Below are positions 1 through 10,214 of a DNA stretch of 59,755 nt, piece by piece. The notes beneath the pieces were generated by a model. That model saw only the letters and a program-made list of their open reading frames with translations. It searched no databases and was not told the origin of the DNA. Source of the DNA: a virus (lineage: Duplodnaviria; Caudoviricetes); the IMG/VR virus record IMGVR_UViG_3300042924_007750, positions 1-59,755 of that record; one strand, 5' to 3'. The translations under genes and the position numbers were made by a program. Numbering within the stretch: the first letter of the stretch is position 1; each line of letters starts with the position of its first letter.

Positions 1-1107
1 AGTTTGAGTATTAGTTGGTGTTACACTCGCAGTTGGAGTATTAGTTGGTGTTTCTGACTCAGTTGGAGTATTAGTTGGTGTTTCCGTAGGAGTTTCAGTC
101 ACCGTTGGTGTTGGTGTTTCTGACTCAGTTGGAGTATTAGTTGGTGTTTCCGTAGGAGTTTCAGTCACCGTTGGTGTTGGTGTTTCTGACTCAGTTGGAG
201 TATTAGTTGGTGTTTCAGAATTGGTAGGTGTATTTGTAGGTGTTTCAGTTGGAGTTGGAGTTTGAGTTTCAGTTGCGGTCGGTGTGATTCCTGGGGTTGC
301 AGTTGTGCTCGGTGTCGGAGTTTCAGTAATGGTTGGTGTTGGTGTCCCAGTTGGTGTTACTGTGGGGGTTTGGGTTGGACAAACGGTCAAAGAAGGTTCA
401 TTGGTAAAACAATCATCACAATTACCAAATGGACCACTAGTTAAATCAGAAATTACCCAAGTGTAGTCACTAAAAATATCAGAAGGTGAAATTATTGTGT
501 AACATCCATTGTTCGGATTTAGTCCGCCAGGGGAGGATAATACCACACTACGAATTTCTGTTTCCTGCCAACTTAAATCGGTGAAGGAGGTAATTCGCCA
601 AACATCTGCAGCATTACAACAATTTCGTATAAAATACGTATAAATAACTGGTGTTTCAGTAGGAGTTGGTGTTGGAGTTGATGTTGGAGTATCAGTTGGT
701 GTTTCAGTATTTGTTGGAGTTGGTGTTTCAGTAGGTGTAGATGTTGGAGTGTCAGTGGGTGTCTCAGTATTGGTTGGAGTTGGTGTTTCTGTTGGCGTTT
801 CAGTAGGTGTTCCAGAATTGGTTGGAGTTGGCGTTGCAGTTAATGTTGGCGTTGATGTTAAAGATGCTGTGGGTGAATTACTGGGTGTGGGAGAAGGAGG
901 AATAAGAAACGGAAAATTTCCTAAATCATCAATGGTTATTATGCTTGATGTTGCAGTAGCAAAAGTTCCTGTTATTAACCAAATATTAAGAGAAACATTG
1001 GGTTCAATTACTGTGTCATAAACCCAAATTTGGTTTGAACACTCTTGGTATGAAAACACACCTTTAGAGTTGGTTGTGTTGGTTAAAACATATTTTTTAC
1101 AAGCCAT
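1..1107 (-). CDS. Thr/Pro-rich (mucin-like) putative virion protein with Cys-rich domains, 3' end outside window
   Basis: Absent from the ORF track because it has no stop in the window. Manual translation from ATG 1107 gives [25 protein letters not shown]..., a PT/ETPT linker, a second Cys-rich domain (RNCC...GCYTI...GPFGNCDDC) and further PT repeats running to position 1. Confidence 0.85.
   Translation of the reverse strand, partial: MACKKYVLTNTTNSKGVFSYQECSNQIWVYDTVIEPNVSLNIWLITGTFATATSSIITIDDLGNFPFLIPPSPTPSNSPTASLTSTPTLTATPTPTNSGTPTETPTETPTPTNTETPTDTPTSTPTETPTPTNTETPTDTPTSTPTPTPTETPVIYTYFIRNCCNAADVWRITSFTDLSWQETEIRSVVLSSPGGLNPNNGCYTIISPSDIFSDYTWVISDLTSGPFGNCDDCFTNEPSLTVCPTQTPTVTPTGTPTPTITETPTPSTTATPGITPTATETQTPTPTETPTNTPTNSETPTNTPTESETPTPTVTETPTETPTNTPTESETPTPTVTETPTETPTNTPTESETPTNTPTASVTPTNTQT
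44..216. repeat. Exact 66-bp tandem repeat (~2.6 copies) encoding a 22-aa T/P/E unit
   Basis: gttggagtattagttggtgtttc starts at 62, 128 and 194; identity at 66-bp offset holds from 44 to 216. Confidence 0.9.
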
Positions 1108-1154
1108 TACTGATGATTATAAAAGTAAATATCTAAGATTATTTATTATTCTGA

Positions 1155-1721
1155 CTAACAGGTGCCTGTATTGATAATTAATGTACCACTAATTTGTATT
1201 ATTTTTACCCCATCTGAAATTGTGAAGTTTGCTCCAACTGGTGGTATTGAAAATTCTCGGTTACCATAAACATGGTCTCCAACTGTTAATTGGCGAAATG
1301 GCTTTGCGGAATAAACAGTAACATTTGCAGGAAATCCTCCGAATTGATTGATAGACTGGCACACATCCTGGTAATATCCACCAGTTCTTAAATTTTGCAC
1401 ATAATAAGGTGATGGTGTAGTTGACGGAGTTGTTGTGTTAGTGGGTGTTGGTGTTTGTGTTGTGGGTGTCGAAGTTAAACTAACTGTGGGAGTAACTGTT
1501 GGTGTAATACTTGGCGTTGGTGTTGAAGAAGGGCAAAGTCCAATATCAACAATATCCAAAGGTGCTCCATAGGGCTCCACAGTTATTGATTCTGCACAGA
1601 TGTTTTCAGAAAATAAAGGAACAATTTTAGTTATACTCACACTACCAGTGCAACCAGTCCATTTATAATAACCATCTTGGATGGAATTAAAATTGGTTAT
1701 TCTGTAGTATAAACAAGACAT
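1155..1721 (-). CDS. Thr/Pro-linker putative virion protein
   Basis: 189-codon ORF: Cys-containing N-domain resembling that of the 1..1107 protein, TPTP linker, small C-domain. Confidence 0.8.
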   Translation of the reverse strand: MSCLYYRITNFNSIQDGYYKWTGCTGSVSITKIVPLFSENICAESITVEPYGAPLDIVDIGLCPSSTPTPSITPTVTPTVSLTSTPTTQTPTPTNTTTPSTTPSPYYVQNLRTGGYYQDVCQSINQFGGFPANVTVYSAKPFRQLTVGDHVYGNREFSIPPVGANFTISDGVKIIQISGTLIINTGTC

Positions 1722-1756
1722 GTAGAGTTGATTGATAAAGTGAATTCAAAAATTTT

Positions 1757-2326
1757 TTAAACTTGTGTGACCGTAACGATTACTGAAGGAATGGCCGGTC
1801 TAGTTGGATTTGCTTGAGCAATATCGTATGCAAACCCTAATCTAATATCACTAACCCTAAATTTTAATTCCATGTAATCACCAGCGTTTAGTGGCTCAAC
1901 AAAATTCCAAGCAGCCACACTCCTTCCATTGTTGGAATTACCAACAACTTGTGTATTCGAATTATCAACATTATTACCATTTACCGCTAACCAAATATCC
2001 ATAGTTTGTGCAGAACCTCCTCCAGTTGATTCTATTTGACAAGAAAATTGTAAATTATATGTTCCCGCACTTGCAACTACAAATCTTGTATCGGCTGAAA
2101 CTATTACCCCATTTCCCGATGTTTGTGTTGCGGCACTCATTGAATACGCGGTTGTGGTACTATTAACATATTGACTTTGCGTTGAAATAAAAGAACCCCA
2201 AAGTCCGTTTGTATTCAAGTTACTATTTTTTATTCGATATGTAACGCCATTCTGCGCGACAGCAAATTCAGCATTTGAAGTTAAGCCTGTTATTTCAGGT
2301 AACTCGGATATTGGTAAATCTGACAT
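1757..2326 (-). CDS. Putative fibre/decoration protein with C1q/BclA-like C-terminal domain
   Basis: N-terminal DLPISELP motif typical of phage fibre proteins; C-terminal AGTYNLQFSCQI...IWLAVNG...LNAGDYMEL pattern of a C1q/TNF-like jelly roll. Confidence 0.65.
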   Translation of the reverse strand: MSDLPISELPEITGLTSNAEFAVAQNGVTYRIKNSNLNTNGLWGSFISTQSQYVNSTTTAYSMSAATQTSGNGVIVSADTRFVVASAGTYNLQFSCQIESTGGGSAQTMDIWLAVNGNNVDNSNTQVVGNSNNGRSVAAWNFVEPLNAGDYMELKFRVSDIRLGFAYDIAQANPTRPAIPSVIVTVTQV

Positions 2327-2333
2327 GGTTTTT

Positions 2334-5054
2334 TTATGTTAATATAATTTTAGAGCCGTCTTCTTGTAATAAATAGAATCCGTCTTCTTGTAATAAATAG
2401 TATATTGGCGTTGAAGTTGGAGTTGGAGTATATGTTGAAGTTGGAGTTGGAGTATATGTTGAAGTTGGAGTTGATGTATACGTTGGGGTTGGCGTAGGTG
2501 TTTCAGTTTCAGTAGGAGTCTGAGTTGGAGTTTCCGTATTTGTTGGGGTTAATGTGGGAGTTTGAGTATTAGTTACACTTGAAGTTGGTGTTTCAGTATT
2601 TGTTGGGGTTGGTGTATTTGTTGGCGTTTCACTTGGCGTATTAGTAGGTGTCTCAGACGGAGTATTTGTTGGAGTACCTGTTGGAGTTTCAGATGGGGTT
2701 GGTGTAGGAGTCTCAGTCTGAGTTGGAGTATTTGTTGGCGTTTCAGTTGGTGTTTCTGTTGGTGTATTTGTTGGAGTTTCCGTATTAGTCGGAGTATTAG
2801 TTGGTGTTGAAGTTGCGGTTTCCGTAGGTGTATTTGTAGGTGTTTGGGATGGGGTATTTGTAGGGGTGCTTGTAGGTGTCTCAGACGGGGTATTTGTCGG
2901 AGTTTCAGTATTAGTAGGGGTGTTGGTGGGTGTTTCTGTTGGAGTTTCTGTTGGTGTGTTTGTAGGAGTTTCCGTATTTGTTGGGGTATTAGTTGGTGTT
3001 TCAGTTGGTGTTGGAGTTTGAATTTCAGTTGCAGTCGGGGTCAATCCAATTGTTGCTGTTGGACTTGGTGTTACTGTTGAAGTTGGCGTATTAGTTGGTG
3101 TCTCCGTTGTTGTGGGAGTGTTGGTTGGAGTTTGAGTATTAGTCGGAGTAACCGTAGGTGTAACTGTTGTACTTGGTGTGGGAGGAATTATAATAAAACA
3201 ATCAGGACAATCTGGGTCCAACAAGTTGTATTTGTTTTTGAGTATTCTAAAATTGTGTTTTACCTCAGAAGCATCCAAGGGTTCAACATACATTCTAAAA
3301 GCACTAATTTCACCAATAAAACTTCCCCCAAAAACTTCCTCTAGAAATATGTTTGTTGTTAGTCCGGAATAAATTGTATTATCTAAATCTTCGGTTGTTA
3401 AACATTCTGGGTCTTGCTGGTAAGTCATACCAGAAAGTTCGGCAGGACAGGTTCCCGATAATGTTAAATTATCTTTTAATCCTTGGGTACCACCCCCAAC
3501 TGAAATATTAAATGGGACACCCACTTGACGTTCTTTGAACGTATTCAAAGGTCGGGGTATAATTTCCTCGAAATCTTCGCAGACCATAAAGAGTTGTCCA
3601 TTAACAAAAATCTTCAGAGTTCCTTTTCTAAAGTTTTTCTGTTCAAGCCACAAATCAGTAATTTTGACCTCAGTTGTTTTGGCTGGTGTGTATCCAGAAT
3701 ATCCTTCAGCGTGAGTGATTGGAGGCATAACCAAACTTACGCTGTTGTTAGCTGGAGTGGCAGTGAATATTGGGAATTCTACCTGGCCTAGACCCCCCAG
3801 ATAAAAAAGGTCGCCACAATCAAAATATACATCCCTTTCAAATACAGCATCAATTTGTACCCAGTGTTCTATTTCAGGATAAAGTGTGTTGACACAACTA
3901 TCAAAAATCCCTTTAGTTGAACACCACTCAACAGTTGTAACTCCAGTAACATAACTCGTTCCTGTTAAACAAGTTCCTGATGGCACACAACTTCCAGTGA
4001 TAAGATATTCTTTTACGCATACTCTGGGATTTCCAGTATCTCCGCTAAATCTTATGGACATCGCATTTGACACACCGTCATATAATGGGTCTAAATCCGG
4101 CACAGAAACAGAACTCGCGCAACTACAAGAACATTCGCATGCACAACTATTAACTGTCGTTCCAGTTGGTTGGTAAACAGAAATACAATCAGCACCAGTC
4201 CCCCCCGTTTTAGTACAACCACAAGTATGCATGCACGTAAGTCCTGAAGTTACTCGAGTATATCCACTGTCAGATTCAGGACTCCCACTTGCGTGGTGAT
4301 AAAATTTATTTTCGGCACGAGAACCCATAAAGAAAAACGTTCCCTTGTTATCTGGGTACCTAGCATTTAATCCAACATTTGTATCACCAGTAAATTGGTA
4401 TTTGAGAAGCATCTCTACTGACCATCCTTGACTTACTCTTGTCGGGAATACTTCATAATCATAACCTTGAAGTTTGTAGAAACCCTGGTAAAAACCCCCA
4501 TTTAACTTAGCAACCGTTCCGATATCCCCTCCGGCATTAACATAAGACAAACCATAAGAATATGAGTCGTCGTTCCATAATCTATTTGTTGGTGTTGTGT
4601 TACCAGAAATTGGGTGCATCTTGAACCTGCGGTCATAAACATATCTGTTATATGTCTGTGCGGTTGTGGTATACAATCCAGTGTACGCTGTCATTGTAAT
4701 CCCAGACAATTCGGTTGTCAAACCATTATCAATTCCAGTTAAACCAACATCACAAATTTCGGTGGTAACAGGGCAAAAATTTGGGTCAATATCGTCTGGG
4801 TTATAATAGTTCTCAGAAACAACAGTATCATAAAGAAACTCGTTGACCAAAGGGGAGATTGTTGTTCCTGTTGAATTAAAGTCAAACTTGAATGGCATTT
4901 TATTACCATCATCCTCGGCAATCAATAAAGGTGAGAAAATAACCTCTTGGTTAAAATCTCTAGCGTCGTCAGCCAAACAGAAATCTAAAATTTCGTTGAC
5001 TGGTTTTAGACCAATTTTCCTATAATTGTATTGATTGATATTTTGGTATGCCAT
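2334..5054 (-). CDS. Large putative virion protein: LamG/ConA-like region, Cys-rich insert and ~260-aa Thr/Pro-rich tail
   Basis: LKIFVNG...[11 protein letters not shown]...LDASEV is a LamG-like signature; long TPTNTPTET repeats; C-terminal LLQEDG x2. Confidence 0.75.
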   Translation of the reverse strand: MAYQNINQYNYRKIGLKPVNEILDFCLADDARDFNQEVIFSPLLIAEDDGNKMPFKFDFNSTGTTISPLVNEFLYDTVVSENYYNPDDIDPNFCPVTTEICDVGLTGIDNGLTTELSGITMTAYTGLYTTTAQTYNRYVYDRRFKMHPISGNTTPTNRLWNDDSYSYGLSYVNAGGDIGTVAKLNGGFYQGFYKLQGYDYEVFPTRVSQGWSVEMLLKYQFTGDTNVGLNARYPDNKGTFFFMGSRAENKFYHHASGSPESDSGYTRVTSGLTCMHTCGCTKTGGTGADCISVYQPTGTTVNSCACECSCSCASSVSVPDLDPLYDGVSNAMSIRFSGDTGNPRVCVKEYLITGSCVPSGTCLTGTSYVTGVTTVEWCSTKGIFDSCVNTLYPEIEHWVQIDAVFERDVYFDCGDLFYLGGLGQVEFPIFTATPANNSVSLVMPPITHAEGYSGYTPAKTTEVKITDLWLEQKNFRKGTLKIFVNGQLFMVCEDFEEIIPRPLNTFKERQVGVPFNISVGGGTQGLKDNLTLSGTCPAELSGMTYQQDPECLTTEDLDNTIYSGLTTNIFLEEVFGGSFIGEISAFRMYVEPLDASEVKHNFRILKNKYNLLDPDCPDCFIIIPPTPSTTVTPTVTPTNTQTPTNTPTTTETPTNTPTSTVTPSPTATIGLTPTATEIQTPTPTETPTNTPTNTETPTNTPTETPTETPTNTPTNTETPTNTPSETPTSTPTNTPSQTPTNTPTETATSTPTNTPTNTETPTNTPTETPTETPTNTPTQTETPTPTPSETPTGTPTNTPSETPTNTPSETPTNTPTPTNTETPTSSVTNTQTPTLTPTNTETPTQTPTETETPTPTPTYTSTPTSTYTPTPTSTYTPTPTSTPIYYLLQEDGFYLLQEDGSKIILT
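2356..2400. repeat. 21-nt direct repeat at 24-bp spacing encoding YLLQEDG x2
   Basis: ccgtcttcttgtaataaatag at 2356 and 2380. Confidence 0.85.
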
Positions 5055-5063
5055 AAGTTATAG

Positions 5064-5090
5064 ATAAATACCTTTCTTTTGAGTATTTAT
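5064..5090. promoter_or_regulatory. Back-to-back TATTTAT motifs serving divergent genes (putative late promoters)
   Basis: ATAAATA at 5064-5070 (minus strand, upstream of ATG 5054) and TATTTAT at 5084-5090 (plus strand, upstream of ATG 5103). Confidence 0.7.
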
Positions 5091-5102
5091 AGTAAAAAAA
5101 CT

Positions 5103-5864
5103 ATGCTGAAATTGAATGAGGAATATTTCGGTTCTAACTACTACTTCCTTCTTAGAGAAAAAAAGGATGGGGGACACCTATGGTTTTCTGTGGCTAACAC
5201 TATCACTGAGGCCAGAAAAAACGATGAATACATCAAAGTTCCCAAAGAAAAAATTGAAGCATTGAAAAGCCATCTTGAAAAGATTGTAAAATCAAAAAAG
5301 AAAAAATCAGCAAAAGAAGTAAAAGGTGAGGTTGAAGAAATTGTAAATTCAGACGGAACCCTTTCAACTTCGAATGTACCTATTCTTGACCCCAAGGTTA
5401 CTCCTCGTAAAACCATGGACCAAACAGTTCAAGCCACAACTCAACCAGGAAACTATCTTGCGTGGTCTTATAGAGGTGGTAGAACTTACTATTCTGAGTC
5501 TGAGATGAAGGAAGAAGATATGTCAGGCGCTTTTGGTTATGAAGAAACTAAAGATTTATCACCTGAAGACACAATAGAAAAGCTTGATGATATGGGTGTA
5601 GATAACCCAGTAGAAAGAGCTATGGAATTTGGAAAAGACCCAAAAATTTCTCAGGATAAAAAAAAGAAAGGAAGTGACATGAGAATTCGTCTTCAAGAGA
5701 AAGACGCTCTAAAAAAACTTCAAAAGGAACAAATGTCAAAAATTATTGAGGATTTGTTGCTCCTGAAAAAAAAGAAAAAAGATTTCGTTAATAAGAAAAA
5801 AAACATTGAGGTTTTATCCAAAGGTGAAATTATAGATTTAATCAAATCAAAACGTGAACAGTAA
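5103..5864 (+). CDS. Hypothetical phage protein (MLKLNEE start, charged)
   Basis: ORF; ATG 5103 chosen because it follows an A-rich leader and the TATTTAT motif. Confidence 0.8.
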   Translation: MLKLNEEYFGSNYYFLLREKKDGGHLWFSVANTITEARKNDEYIKVPKEKIEALKSHLEKIVKSKKKKSAKEVKGEVEEIVNSDGTLSTSNVPILDPKVTPRKTMDQTVQATTQPGNYLAWSYRGGRTYYSESEMKEEDMSGAFGYEETKDLSPEDTIEKLDDMGVDNPVERAMEFGKDPKISQDKKKKGSDMRIRLQEKDALKKLQKEQMSKIIEDLLLLKKKKKDFVNKKKNIEVLSKGEIIDLIKSKREQ

Positions 5865-6342
5865 ATTATACGATACAAGTATTGGTGAGGTGTTGATACC
5901 TAAGCAAATCAAGCAACACCTTAGAAATTCTTTTGCCCAAGCGCAAGGTGCTAATCAAAACACTGAAGGGTTTAGGAGAAACCAGGAACTGCAGTCCCAA
6001 GAAAAAATTACATACAAACAACTCAAAAGAATTAAAAACTTTTTTGACACTTTTAAAGGCGAGCCAACAGACATAACGTTCATTTTAAATGGCGGAGTCT
6101 TGATGAGAAACTGGGTCAATAATACTCTCACTAACATGAGAAACAATACTCAAACAAACCAACAAGACACTCGTCCAGAAGACCCAACAATTACTTCTAA
6201 CGACCTCAAAACAAATGTCAAAGACTTAGCCAGACCTTCGCAACAACACAAAAGAACAACTCAAAGGCATGCAACAGCAACTTATGAACAAACAGTTGTG
6301 GAGAGTTTAAGAAGGATAAACGATTTAATTTCTAAAATTTAA
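5854..6342 (+). CDS. Hypothetical phage protein, possibly head-associated
   Basis: GTG start coupled to the upstream stop; KRIKNFFD...LNGG..MRNWV resembles a small recurrent phage domain. Confidence 0.75.
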   Translation: MNSKLYDTSIGEVLIPKQIKQHLRNSFAQAQGANQNTEGFRRNQELQSQEKITYKQLKRIKNFFDTFKGEPTDITFILNGGVLMRNWVNNTLTNMRNNTQTNQQDTRPEDPTITSNDLKTNVKDLARPSQQHKRTTQRHATATYEQTVVESLRRINDLISKI

Positions 6343-6343
6343 C

Positions 6344-6649
6344 ATGGCAAACAATCCTAAGGTTTACGAACCACTTGATTTAGCGCAAAGCGAACAAAAT
6401 AATTTGACAGCAATAGCTGACATCGAGAGAAAAAGGTTAATCACCAGAAATGATTTTCAACAAGGGGCTGATGAATATGGTGTAACTAATTCCCAAGCAT
6501 TAGCTGATGGTGATGACATGGGTAGAGGCACTGGTGTCTATTTGGATGTATACAACGATACTGCAGGAACCTCCCTTGATGTTGCTGAAAGAAAAGACGA
6601 CATCAAAATCAACAAATACAATAGATTTAAAACCTATCCAAACTTCTAA
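6344..6649 (+). CDS. Hypothetical protein
   Basis: ORF tightly packed in an operon. Confidence 0.8.
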   Translation: MANNPKVYEPLDLAQSEQNNLTAIADIERKRLITRNDFQQGADEYGVTNSQALADGDDMGRGTGVYLDVYNDTAGTSLDVAERKDDIKINKYNRFKTYPNF

Positions 6650-7029
6650 TGAAACTCACCGAAGTCTTTAAGAATTTAATTACTGAAATCGCATCTGTCG
6701 ACTCGGTAAGAAAATCTATTGAGGACAAACAAAAAATAATCATGTATTATGACGGTGATGAACCCGGAGGTAAAGGTCTCCGATTGATTGAACCAGTAGC
6801 TTTGGGTAGAAGTAAAAAAGGGAATCTAGTTGTACGTGCTTGGGACGAAGAAGGTGCTTCGCACCGTGGTTACTTGGGTACAAGGCCAATGCCAGGTTGG
6901 AGATTATTCAAACTGGATAAAATTGTTTCTTACAAACCATCCGGAGAAAATTTTGATACTCCAAGACCAAATTTTAATCCAAATGGTGACAAAGACATGA
7001 CAAGCATTATTATTATAGCAAAATTCTAA
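6649..7029 (+). CDS. Stand-alone WYL-domain protein
   Basis: IIMYY...RLIEPVALG...LVVRAWD...WRLFKLDKI matches the WYL fold consensus (R.I.P..L...YL.A...R.F.LDRI). Confidence 0.75.
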   Translation: MKLTEVFKNLITEIASVDSVRKSIEDKQKIIMYYDGDEPGGKGLRLIEPVALGRSKKGNLVVRAWDEEGASHRGYLGTRPMPGWRLFKLDKIVSYKPSGENFDTPRPNFNPNGDKDMTSIIIIAKF

Positions 7030-7032
7030 GTT

Positions 7033-7617
7033 ATGGACTTACAAAAAATTATGATGTCAAAAGCCATTATGGACAGACTTAACCAAATGGGCGACGGAAC
7101 TACACCAAAAGTTAAAAGTAATCCAGTAATGGAAAATTTTGATTTGCCAAATGCTAAGTATAATATTCCGCAAGATATGTTGGGTGAAAGTCCAAGAGCG
7201 GCACAATTTGCGCAACAACCTGTTGCGCCATCAAGTCAGTTTATGAACAAACCATATCCAGCAGCTTCGTCAGATGCAATCAAAAACTCAAGATTACCAG
7301 ATGCAATCAAAAAACTTATGATTGAACACCCAATCGAACAACCAACATCTATGGGAGGTTCGGTAACTTTATCTGATGAGTTGGTCGAAAGAGCATCCAG
7401 ACTTATGGGTCAAAACAAAAAACCTGTTGTGGAACAAGCCACAGTTCAATATGATTCTGATAATTTGAAAAATGTTCTCAAAGAGGTTGTAAAAGAGGTA
7501 TTATCTGAAAATGGTTTAATTGTTGAAAACGTGGAAAAGTCAAATGACAATTTTAGATTCCAAGTAGGCAAACACATTTTTGAAGGAAAACTTACAAAAG
7601 TTAAAAAGTTGTCTTAG
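7033..7617 (+). CDS. Hypothetical phage protein
   Basis: ORF with an internal LKEVVKEVLSE segment resembling the leader family. Confidence 0.8.
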   Translation: MDLQKIMMSKAIMDRLNQMGDGTTPKVKSNPVMENFDLPNAKYNIPQDMLGESPRAAQFAQQPVAPSSQFMNKPYPAASSDAIKNSRLPDAIKKLMIEHPIEQPTSMGGSVTLSDELVERASRLMGQNKKPVVEQATVQYDSDNLKNVLKEVVKEVLSENGLIVENVEKSNDNFRFQVGKHIFEGKLTKVKKLS

Positions 7618-7671
7618 TCGCTTTTCATTTGCCTTTTAAGTTCTTATATTTTAAGGACAAAAAATAGGTAA

Positions 7672-8886
7672 ATGTCAAAAATTAAAATATTAGTAGTTCC
7701 CTCAGATAGATTTGGTGTGGGAAAATTTCGTTCTATCGAACCCCATATATTCTTACAAAACAAATTTCCTGAAGATTTTCACGTGGAAATTGATTTGGAC
7801 CCACCAATGGACAATTTGGAATTTTTTAAACAATTTCAAATTGTTGTATACCATAGAAGTATCACTAACGATTTTGAAAAGTCGTTTGAGTTAGTGGAAA
7901 AACTTAAGACTGAAGGGATAGTCACCATTTGTGACATGGATGATTATTGGGCGCCCACTAAAGACCACCCTATTCATGACATTATCATGTTTAACAAAAT
8001 CAACGAAAAGATTGTTGCGAGCATTAAACAAGCTAATTATGTGACTACAACTACACCCTTGTTTGCTGATGAAATTAGAAAATACAATAAAAATGTATTT
8101 GTATTACCAAACGCAATTAATCCTGACGAATCTCAATTCAAGGAACCTATACTACCCTCTGATAAACTTAGAGTCGGGTGGTTAGGTGGTTCATCCCACT
8201 TAGGGGATTTGCAACTTCTCAACGGCTCTTTCGCAAAGCTCCACGATTATCACAAAGATTTGCAATTTGTAATCTGTGGATTTGATACTAGAGGAACCAT
8301 CACAGAAATTAATGGTCAAACTGGAGAACATAAGAAGAGACCTATTCGACCTGAAGAAACTGTTTGGGCTAGATATGAAGAAATTTTTACTCAAAACTAT
8401 AAGTTTGTAAGTCCAGAGTATGAAAAAGCGTTAAAAAAATATGCTCAAGAGGAATATCCAGAATTTGGAAATGAGTCCTACCGTAGAGTTTGGACATTGC
8501 CCGTGACCTCGTATGCTAAGAACTATGCAAAACTTGACGTATCTTTGGCGCCTATTAAAAATCACATGTTTAACAAAATGAAATCGCAATTAAAAGTTAT
8601 TGAAGCAGGTTTTTATAAAAAAGCTTTAATTGCTAGCGATTTAGGTCCTTACACAATCGATTTGAAGCATTGTTTGAAGCAAGGAGAATTCGTTGACGGA
8701 AATGCACTTTTGGTTGATGAAAATAGGAACCATGGTGATTGGGCTAAGTTTATTGTTAAGCTTCTCAAAAACCCAAACCTTGTAACGGACATGGGTGAAC
8801 GTCTTTATGAAACAGTAAGTAAGAAATATGATTTGAATATCGTAACTTTAGACCGTGCAGAATTCTACAAAAGTTTAATCAAATAA
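7672..8886 (+). CDS. GT-B glycosyltransferase (GT4-like)
   Basis: DMDDYW, VTTTT..FA, VGWLGGSSH, DVSLAP...FN.MKS.LK.IEAG motifs. Confidence 0.85.
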   Translation: MSKIKILVVPSDRFGVGKFRSIEPHIFLQNKFPEDFHVEIDLDPPMDNLEFFKQFQIVVYHRSITNDFEKSFELVEKLKTEGIVTICDMDDYWAPTKDHPIHDIIMFNKINEKIVASIKQANYVTTTTPLFADEIRKYNKNVFVLPNAINPDESQFKEPILPSDKLRVGWLGGSSHLGDLQLLNGSFAKLHDYHKDLQFVICGFDTRGTITEINGQTGEHKKRPIRPEETVWARYEEIFTQNYKFVSPEYEKALKKYAQEEYPEFGNESYRRVWTLPVTSYAKNYAKLDVSLAPIKNHMFNKMKSQLKVIEAGFYKKALIASDLGPYTIDLKHCLKQGEFVDGNALLVDENRNHGDWAKFIVKLLKNPNLVTDMGERLYETVSKKYDLNIVTLDRAEFYKSLIK

Positions 8887-8895
8887 TTATAAACC

Positions 8896-9606
8896 ATGAT
8901 TACAATCCCCACACACAAAATCTTGTTTCTAGATATTGAAACTGTCGGACTTGAAAAGAATTACGATGATTTGGTTACAAACCATCCTCGTATGGCTGAC
9001 CAGTTTGATAAGTATTTTGATTGGTTCCTCAAACGTTTTCCCGAAGATAAGGAAATTACTACGGACCAAAAGAATATTGTATTTTCAACTAGAGCGGCAT
9101 TGGTACCAGAGTTTGCTAAAATTGTAACTGTATCAGTTGCTTTTGTAACTGAAAGTAATGAAATCAAACGTCAAACCTTTGCTGGTGATGATGAACACAA
9201 ACTCCTACGTGACGTTCAAGTTCTTTTAGATAGAACAGGAAAATTAGATTTTTGGTTGTGCGGACATAACCTTAAGAATTTTGATATTCCAATGCTTGCA
9301 AAACGGATGTTAATTCAAAATATTTTACCACCATCTATCCTACCAGCCTTCAACACCAAACCGTGGGAGATTAGAGCAATTGATACAAAAGAAGTATGGC
9401 AATTTGGTGCATATACAGCAATTGGTTCCCTAGACTTACTTTGTGCTAGTATGGATGTTCCTTCACCAAAAGAAGGTGAAGTTGTCGGCTCAAAAGTACA
9501 TGACGCATATTGGAACAAGGGTATGTTAAAAGAAATTGCTGAGTATTGCGAACGAGATGTTCAAGTACTAGTAGATGTAATTTTAAAATTAAAGTCATTG
9601 AAATGA
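8896..9606 (+). CDS. DnaQ-like / PolB-type 3'-5' exonuclease
   Basis: FLDIET (ExoI), GHNLKNFDIP (ExoII), YCERDV (ExoIII). Confidence 0.85.
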   Translation: MITIPTHKILFLDIETVGLEKNYDDLVTNHPRMADQFDKYFDWFLKRFPEDKEITTDQKNIVFSTRAALVPEFAKIVTVSVAFVTESNEIKRQTFAGDDEHKLLRDVQVLLDRTGKLDFWLCGHNLKNFDIPMLAKRMLIQNILPPSILPAFNTKPWEIRAIDTKEVWQFGAYTAIGSLDLLCASMDVPSPKEGEVVGSKVHDAYWNKGMLKEIAEYCERDVQVLVDVILKLKSLK

Positions 9607-10214
9607 GTGAAAATTTTGATATCAACGAAGAGCTGGATGCTGAACTAAACAAATTACTCGAGGTTATTGAAAATTTGAACTTTAACCCTGATGATGATGA
9701 CCAGGATATTGAATCTGATGAAGTTAATAAAAGCTTGTCTGAGCTCGATGATTATATGAATCAAGAGTTACTCAAAGTTGAATTGCCTTACAAAAAACTT
9801 CAGCCTGACGCTATCGTACCCACTTATGCTTATGATTTAGATTCTGGTTTTGATTTTTACAGTGTTGAAGAAATCCAACTTCCTGCTTTTGGACGAGCTT
9901 TAGTTCCTACTGGTTTAGCTTTTGAAGTTCCGGACGGTACCGAATTACAAGTGCGAAGTAAAAGTGGTCTTGCAATCAATCAAGGATTAATGGTGCTTAA
10001 CAGCCCTGGAACTGTGGATTGTGGTTATTTAGGTGAAATTAAGGTAATTGTTATGAATATGAACAATCATGCGGTAAGAATCGAGAAATATCAAAAAGTG
10101 GCTCAAGGAGTTTTGTGCCCAGTATTTAACGGCAAAAAAGTTAAATTAACTGAAAAAAATAATTTAGGAAAATCAGATAGAGGAGAAAATGGATTTGGGT
10201 CAACAGGAATATAA
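9603..10214 (+). CDS. dut: dUTPase with acidic N-terminal extension
   Basis: SGFD, RSKSG, NSPGTVD..Y.GEI, VAQ and RGENGFGSTG motifs; start reassigned to ATG 9603. Confidence 0.92.
   Translation: MSENFDINEELDAELNKLLEVIENLNFNPDDDDQDIESDEVNKSLSELDDYMNQELLKVELPYKKLQPDAIVPTYAYDLDSGFDFYSVEEIQLPAFGRALVPTGLAFEVPDGTELQVRSKSGLAINQGLMVLNSPGTVDCGYLGEIKVIVMNMNNHAVRIEKYQKVAQGVLCPVFNGKKVKLTEKNNLGKSDRGENGFGSTGI

Noticed and set aside
1-360. Repeats resembling a CRISPR array
   Set aside because: Contiguous in-frame coding repeats with no unique spacers and no cas genes.
262-3372. Plus-strand V/G-rich or W/C-rich ORFs (262, 284, 749, 2844, 3132, 3178) and likewise 50525..50749
   Set aside because: Antisense shadows of the Thr/Pro repeats encoded on the minus strand.
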